Below are positions 18,166 through 24,000 of a stretch of 24,000 bases of DNA, in pieces; the first letter of the stretch is position 1, and every line of letters starts with the position of its first letter. The position numbers and the translations under genes are program-made. Where the stretch lies: contig CAZUBT010000010.1 in the NCBI GenBank assembly GCA_964618815.1, forward strand, positions 32,799 to 56,798. The letters run 5' to 3'. This DNA comes from an uncultured Desulfobacterales bacterium. Lineage in GTDB: Bacteria; Desulfobacterota; Desulfobaccia; Desulfobaccales; 0-14-0-80-60-11. The notes under the pieces are model-generated. The model was not told the DNA's origin. It made no database searches and was given only the letters and a program-made list of their open reading frames with translations.

Positions 18166-18810
18166 ATGTTTACCGGATTGGTGGAAGGCCTGGGGGAAAT
18201 CGTGGAAGTGCGCCGCCTGGCGGAAGGGGTCAGACTCTCCGTCACCGCGCCGTTTCCCGTTAAGGAACTGGCCCTGGGAGAGTCGGTGGCGGTGAGCGGC
18301 GCTTGCCTCACGGTGGCGGCCCTGGGCGCCGATTTCTTCACGGCGGACGTCTCCCCCGAAACCCTCACCCGGACGACATTGTCCTTAAAAAAAGTCCGGG
18401 ACCGGGTAAATGTGGAAAGGGCCCTGCGGCTGGGAGACCGCCTGGGCGGCCACCTGGTCACCGGCCACGTGGACGGCCTGGGGGTGGTCCGGGAACGCCG
18501 GGAAGGACCGGCCTCCATCCAGTTCCGTTTTGAACTTCCGGAGCCTTTAAGCCGGTATGTCATTGAGAAAGGCTCCATCGCCATCGACGGGGTCAGCCTC
18601 ACCGTCAATACCGTCCAGGGCCGCGCCTTCACGGTGAACATCATTCCCTTTACTGCGCAGAAAACCACCCTGGCCCGGTTGCAGCCGGGAGATCAGGTCA
18701 ACCTGGAAACCGATATTATCGGCAAATACGTGGAGCGGCTCTTGGGACCCAAGGCCAGGGACGGATCGGCCCTGACTCCGGAATTCCTGGCACGCCACGG
18801 GTTTTTTTAG
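18166..18810 (+). CDS. ribE: Riboflavin synthase, alpha chain
   Basis: MFTGLVEGLGEIVEV..., VSGACLTV, LGDRLGGHLVTGHVDGLG, GSIAIDGVSLTVN..., IPFTAQKTTL, NLETDIIGKYVERLL. The start MFTGLVE is internal to the longest ORF (18091). Confidence 0.96.
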   Translation: MFTGLVEGLGEIVEVRRLAEGVRLSVTAPFPVKELALGESVAVSGACLTVAALGADFFTADVSPETLTRTTLSLKKVRDRVNVERALRLGDRLGGHLVTGHVDGLGVVRERREGPASIQFRFELPEPLSRYVIEKGSIAIDGVSLTVNTVQGRAFTVNIIPFTAQKTTLARLQPGDQVNLETDIIGKYVERLLGPKARDGSALTPEFLARHGFF

Positions 18811-18858
18811 AATCAGCAGATTACGCAGATTGACGCAGACTACAATAATTCCACAGAA

Positions 18859-18961
18859 AAGGAGGTGGGGAGATGGTTACCGCGGTAACGTTCACGGTCA
18901 ATATCTGAGGTTGAATCGGTAACGGCAAGGGTAGTTACCCTTGCGCAAAAACCATCTCCCC
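18859..18961 (+). promoter_or_regulatory. Candidate structured leader with short leader peptide upstream of the yedE-like gene
   Basis: Closing arms GGGGAGATGGTT (18867-18878) and AACCATCTCCCC (18950-18961). Inside are GTTACCGCGGTAAC and hairpin GCAAGGGTA-GT-TACCCTTGC (18924-18943). ORF 18873-18908 encodes MVTAVTFTVNI after the strong SD AAGGAGG. Confidence 0.45.
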
Positions 18962-19000
18962 CGGAAGTGGCGCTTCTCGGGGTGCATACGGAGGAATGCC

Positions 19001-20083
19001 ATGGCTTTTCTGCGGCAAAATCTGGTCCTCCTGGGAGGACTCCTTGTAGGCATCATGGGCGCGGTCCTGGTGAAATTCGGGAACCCCGCCAATATGGGTA
19101 TCTGTTTCGTCTGTTTCTACCGGGATATCGCCGGTTCCCTGGGACTGCACTTGAATCCCCTGGTTCAATACCTGCGGCCGGAAATCATCGGCATCTTTTT
19201 AGGCTCCTTCTTTTCAGCCCTGGCCTTTAAGGATTTTAACCCCCGGGGCGGCTCCAGTCCCCTGATCCGTTTTGTCCTGGGGATGCTCATCATGGTGGGG
19301 GGCCTGATCTTTCTGGGCTGTCCCATCCGGGCCATCTACCGCCTGGCCGGCGGGGACCTCTCAGCCCTGGGGGGCATCCTGGGGATCCCCTTCGGGGCTT
19401 ATCTGGGGCTCTATTTTCTCACCCGGGGCTACAATCTGGGCAAAGCCCGCCCCTTGCCCCGGTGGCTGGCGGCCCTGCCCGTGGCCTGCTTTGGGATCCT
19501 GGGGCTCTTGCTCCTGGTGAAGCTCCTGTGGCAGACCCCATACCCCTTTTTCAGCGTCAAGGGCCCCGGGGCCATGCACGCGCCGGTGCTCCTGTCCCTG
19601 GGCCTGGGGCTGGTGGCCGGGGTGCTGTTCCAGCGGTCCCGGCTATGCCTGTCCGGGGGCTTTAGGGATGTGTTTCTGTTTAACGATTTTTACCTGTTGA
19701 AGGGCTTCCTGGGGATTCTCTTAGGGGCCTATGTGGCCAATGTGGCCCTGGGGCTCTTTAAACCGGTCCTGGTGGGTCCCGTGGCCCACGGCAATTTTGT
19801 GGCCAACTTTCTGGGCATGGGCCTCTTGGGCTTCGCCGCCATCTTGTTGGGGGGTTGCCCCATGCGGCAGCTCATCATGACCTGGGAGGCCAACCTGGAC
19901 TCCTTTGTGACCATCCTGGGCATGTTCGCGGGGGCCGGCCTGATGCACAGCCTGGGGCTGGCCGCGTCTCCCGCCGGGGTCACCCCCGGCGGCTGGATGG
20001 CCCTGGCCCTGGGCTACGCTACGGCCTTGGCCATTGCCTGGGTGTTCACCGGAGTCAGAGCCCTGGCCGGGAAGGGGGCCTGA
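19001..20083 (+). CDS. YeeE/YedE family membrane transporter (YedE-type putative selenium/sulfur transporter)
   Basis: GNPANMGICFVCFYRDIAG...RGGSSPLIRFVLGMLIMVGGLIFLGCPIRAIYRLAGGD...FQRSRLCLSGGFRDVFLF...LLGFAAILLGGCPMRQLIM. SD GGAGG 7-8 nt before ATG 19001; the longest ORF starts at TTG 18941. Confidence 0.88.
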   Translation: MAFLRQNLVLLGGLLVGIMGAVLVKFGNPANMGICFVCFYRDIAGSLGLHLNPLVQYLRPEIIGIFLGSFFSALAFKDFNPRGGSSPLIRFVLGMLIMVGGLIFLGCPIRAIYRLAGGDLSALGGILGIPFGAYLGLYFLTRGYNLGKARPLPRWLAALPVACFGILGLLLLVKLLWQTPYPFFSVKGPGAMHAPVLLSLGLGLVAGVLFQRSRLCLSGGFRDVFLFNDFYLLKGFLGILLGAYVANVALGLFKPVLVGPVAHGNFVANFLGMGLLGFAAILLGGCPMRQLIMTWEANLDSFVTILGMFAGAGLMHSLGLAASPAGVTPGGWMALALGYATALAIAWVFTGVRALAGKGA

Positions 20084-20084
20084 G

Positions 20085-20291
20085 ATGGCGGCCCCGTTGG
20101 ATTGCCGCGGTTTAAGCTGCCCCCTGCCGGTGTTGCAGGTGAAGGAGGCATTGGCCAAGGGCAAACCCTTTGCCATCATGGTGGACGATGCCTGCGCGGT
20201 GGAAAATATCTCCCGGTTCCTGAGCCATAAAGGAGTGCCCTTCGCCATTGCCGCCCAGGGGGAGGAAAGCCTCATTGAGGTGAGGCCCTAG
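20085..20291 (+). CDS. TusA/SirA-like sulfurtransferase
   Basis: MAAPLDCRGLSCPLPVLQVKEALAKGKPFAIMVDDACAVENISRFLSHKG carries the CRGLSCPLP motif. It starts 1 nt after the yedE-like stop. Confidence 0.88.
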   Translation: MAAPLDCRGLSCPLPVLQVKEALAKGKPFAIMVDDACAVENISRFLSHKGVPFAIAAQGEESLIEVRP

Positions 20292-20303
20292 GTTGTGTCC
20301 CAG

Positions 20304-20356
20304 CCATAGGGCGGCCCGCGGCCGCCGAGATTCGGCGGGCACGGCCCGCCCTATGG
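20304..20356. repeat. Inverted repeat CCATAGGGCGG...CCGCCCTATGG
   Basis: 11-bp perfect arms (20304-20314, 20346-20356) around a GC-rich centre. Confidence 0.7.
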
Positions 20357-20641
20357 ATTTTTCTTGGGTCTTTTCCAGAATTAAAGTCGGGCTTGATAAG
20401 AAATATTTCCCTAACCCCCTTTTAAAAAAAGGGGAATCGGGTGAAAATAATCTAGTGTAGTCTGAAAGCCCTCCTTGTGGGGGATTGAAGGGAATTTTCA
20501 CCGGGAATTGTTCATTTCGGACCCCTGAACCCCAGACGAGGGGTGGAGCCGAAAAAGATGGTGCGCGGTGCGCACCCTACATTTAATAGACCCCGGACGC
20601 AGGGTTGAACCGGAACATCTTATTCGGAGGCGCAGTAACTA

Positions 20642-21844
<1,203 letters not shown>

Positions 21845-22022
21845 GGACCGATCCTTGGAAAGGGTTAACTTAGGGAACCATGGCCCTTTTTCCCGGATAA
21901 TTGGCGGAAAAGGCAAAAAGGCAAAAGGGAACAATTATTTTCGGGGGCAGGGGTTAGCCTGCTCTGAAGGTGCTCCTGATACTACTTGGAGCATTAATTG
22001 CATTGCATCGGTTACGGGCAAC

Positions 22023-22051
22023 GTCGGGGCGGGTTTTAAACCCGCCCCGAC
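22023..22051. repeat. Palindromic dispersed repeat (GAGFKPAP-encoding type)
   Basis: GTCGGGGCGGGTTT-T-AAACCCGCCCCGAC, arms 14/14, in the ribBA-ribH intergenic region. Confidence 0.8.
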
Positions 22052-22241
22052 ATCGAGGCAATATTTCTTTCGCTCCGAGCAATAGTTGGAGATTGTTCCG
22101 GGCACGGCAAGCCGTGCTCCTACCAAGGGATTGGGGTGAAAAGGGGAAAAAACGAAAAGGGAAAAAGGTGGGAAGACTCTGAATTTTTTCTTTTTATCCT
22201 CTTCCCCTTTCCCCCTCTTTTCCCCAAATTAAGGGGGTCGG

Positions 22242-22709
22242 ATGCGGACCATAGAAGGGAAACTCATCGGTGAGGGCCTGAAGTTCGCCATAGTGGTGAG
22301 CCGGTTCAATTCGTTCATTACGGAGCGCCTTCTGGAGGGGGCGCTGGACTGCCTGCGGCGCAAAGGGGTGAAAGAGGAAGACCTGACGCTCCTCAGGGTG
22401 CCCGGCGCCTGGGAGATTCCCCTGGCGGCCAAACGCCTGGCCGATGCCAAGGCCTACGACGCAGTGGTCTGTCTGGGCGCAGTGATCCGGGGATCCACGC
22501 CTCACTTTGATTATGTGGCCGCGGAGGTGAGCAAAGGCATCGCCCAGGTGAGTCTGGACACCGGGGTGCCCATTGCCTTCGGGATTCTCACCACCGACAC
22601 CCTGGAGCAGGCCATCGAACGGGCCGGCAGCAAGGCGGGCAATAAAGGCTTTGCCGCGGCGGAAGCCGCCATTGAAATGGTCAACCTCCTGAAGGAACTG
22701 GGGGGCTGA
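22242..22709 (+). CDS. ribH: 6,7-dimethyl-8-ribityllumazine synthase
   Basis: [28 protein letters not shown]...[15 protein letters not shown]...[64 protein letters not shown]. Confidence 0.97.
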   Translation: MRTIEGKLIGEGLKFAIVVSRFNSFITERLLEGALDCLRRKGVKEEDLTLLRVPGAWEIPLAAKRLADAKAYDAVVCLGAVIRGSTPHFDYVAAEVSKGIAQVSLDTGVPIAFGILTTDTLEQAIERAGSKAGNKGFAAAEAAIEMVNLLKELGG

Positions 22710-23156
22710 TTGGGTCATTATTCCCGCAGCCGTTGCCGGGAATGGGCTCTCCAGTTTCTGTATCAGGCCGAATTTGTCGGACAGCGCCGGGCCGAAGATT
22801 TAGCCGGCTTCTGGAGCCACTTCCATCCCGAGGATCAGATTCCCCGGTACCTTACGGAGTTGGTGGAAGGGGTGGCTTCCCATCTGACGGAGCTGGACGC
22901 CCTCATTGTCCGGTATTCGGAGCATTGGCGCCTGGAGCGCATGACCGCGGTGGACCGCAATCTCCTGCGCCTGGCGGCTTTTGAGCTTCTTTATCAGCCT
23001 CACATCCCGCCCAAGGTGGCCATCAATGAGGCGGTGGAGTTGGCCAAGCGCTTCGGCAGCGAAGCCTCAGGGGCCTTTGTCAACGGACTCCTGGACCAGA
23101 TCCGGGTGGCCGCCGGCAGGGAGATCGAAGCGGGGCCGGAGGATGGAGCTCAGTAG
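22710..23156 (+). CDS. nusB: Transcription antitermination factor NusB (TTG start abutting ribH stop)
   Basis: SRSRCREWALQFLYQAEF...MTAVDRNLLRLAAFELLYQPHIPPKVAINEAVELAKRFGSEASGAFVNGLLDQI. Confidence 0.95.
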   Translation: MGHYSRSRCREWALQFLYQAEFVGQRRAEDLAGFWSHFHPEDQIPRYLTELVEGVASHLTELDALIVRYSEHWRLERMTAVDRNLLRLAAFELLYQPHIPPKVAINEAVELAKRFGSEASGAFVNGLLDQIRVAAGREIEAGPEDGAQ

Positions 23157-23367
23157 GGTGCGTCCTGCGCACCGGATAGCCTAACGCAAAACCGCAAAGG
23201 CGCAACGACCCCAACCGAAAACCGAAAACCAACTTGAGCTTGCATATCCTGGAGAAAGACTTTAATTTATGTGGTAGTATAAACCAGGAAATCCGGTAAG
23301 ACGCGGCTTCCCATCAGGTGGGCGATACCGCACCGATAATCGGCCTTATCAAGAGGAGGAAGATTAT

Positions 23368-24000
23368 ATGGCCCGAAAGATTCTATCAGTGGTCGTGGTA
23401 GTGATTCTGGGAGTAGCGCTGGCGGGTTGCGCCACTAACGGTTATTATGATCCGGGCCGCTCCACGGCGGCCGGAGCCTTGGGAGGCGCGGCCACCGGCG
23501 CCGCCTTGGGGGCCATTATCGGCGCGGCTACCGGCTCTCCCGCCACCGGCGCCTGGGTGGGCGCCGCGGCTGGCGCAGTGGCCGGCGGAGTGGGCGGCTA
23601 CCTCTACGCGGAGCACCGCAACAGCCAGGCCCGGGATGCCGCAGCCGCGGCCCGGGCCTATAATTACACTCCCCAGGAAACCGTGGTCAACATCGACAAG
23701 ACTGAGGTGGTTCCTGCCCGGGTCCGGGCCGGCCGGCAGGTGAACATGGTGATGAACTACACCATTCTCACCCCCGGGGGCGCGCCGGTTGCCGCCACCC
23801 TGGTGCGGGAAGTGCGCCTGGGCGGGGCCGCGGTTGGACAGCCTTATCAGACTCAGGTGACCAACAACAACGGCAGTTTTGCGGACCAGGTGGCTTATAC
23901 CCTCCCCAGCAACGCCACCCCCGGCACCTACATGGTGGTGAGCCGGCTGGTCACCAGCTTAGGCGCGCAGGAGAACACCGCTTATTTCATCGTGGAGTAA
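23368..24000 (+). CDS. Glycine-zipper lipoprotein-like outer membrane/periplasmic protein
   Basis: Signal with lipobox LAGC, then AAGALGGAATGAALGAIIGAATGSPATGAWVGAAAGAVAGGVGGYLY (glycine zipper). Good SD (AAGAGGAGG) upstream. Confidence 0.85.
   Translation: MARKILSVVVVVILGVALAGCATNGYYDPGRSTAAGALGGAATGAALGAIIGAATGSPATGAWVGAAAGAVAGGVGGYLYAEHRNSQARDAAAAARAYNYTPQETVVNIDKTEVVPARVRAGRQVNMVMNYTILTPGGAPVAATLVREVRLGGAAVGQPYQTQVTNNNGSFADQVAYTLPSNATPGTYMVVSRLVTSLGAQENTAYFIVE

Noticed and set aside
21855-22085. 76-aa ORF between ribBA and ribH containing NVGAGFKPAPTS
   Set aside because: The peptide is encoded by the palindromic dispersed repeat at 22023-22051. This is the usual signature of spurious ORFs across such repeats.

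Overview
This 24 kb window comes from a GC-rich bacterial chromosome. Gene content and repeat style suggest a deltaproteobacterium/Desulfobacterota, but that is inference. It is mostly a core-gene region. In order: a 5'-truncated ilvD; dnaN, a small CGGC-domain gene and gyrB; two small hypothetical proteins; an ECF sigma factor; a large class-II P-type ATPase; a rubrerythrin/encapsulin-cargo-like ferritin-like protein on the minus strand; a zf-HC2 anti-sigma factor with a Spy/ZraP-like partner; a DUF1622 membrane protein; an isolated livH; a YgiT-type antitoxin; a DUF559 cassette; iorA and iorB; ribE, yedE-like, tusA-like, ribBA, ribH and nusB; and a glycine-zipper lipoprotein. The observations most worth follow-up are: (1) a 423-bp DUF559 cassette bounded by 36-bp near-perfect inverted repeats, lying between a duplicated 71-bp iorA 5' fragment and intact iorA; (2) a PTS EIIA(type 2)-like domain, with both candidate active-site histidines, fused to the N-terminus of a Na,K-ATPase-like P-type ATPase; (3) a structured leader with a candidate 11-aa peptide upstream of the YedE-family transporter; (4) an ECF sigma gene separated from its presumed anti-sigma/periplasmic sensor genes by the ATPase and a ferritin-like gene; (5) a DUF4258-like toxin C-terminal remnant fused to an intact YgiT antitoxin immediately after an orphan livH. 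No CRISPR array, rRNA, tRNA or phage module was recognised. All family calls come from reading motifs, with no database searches.
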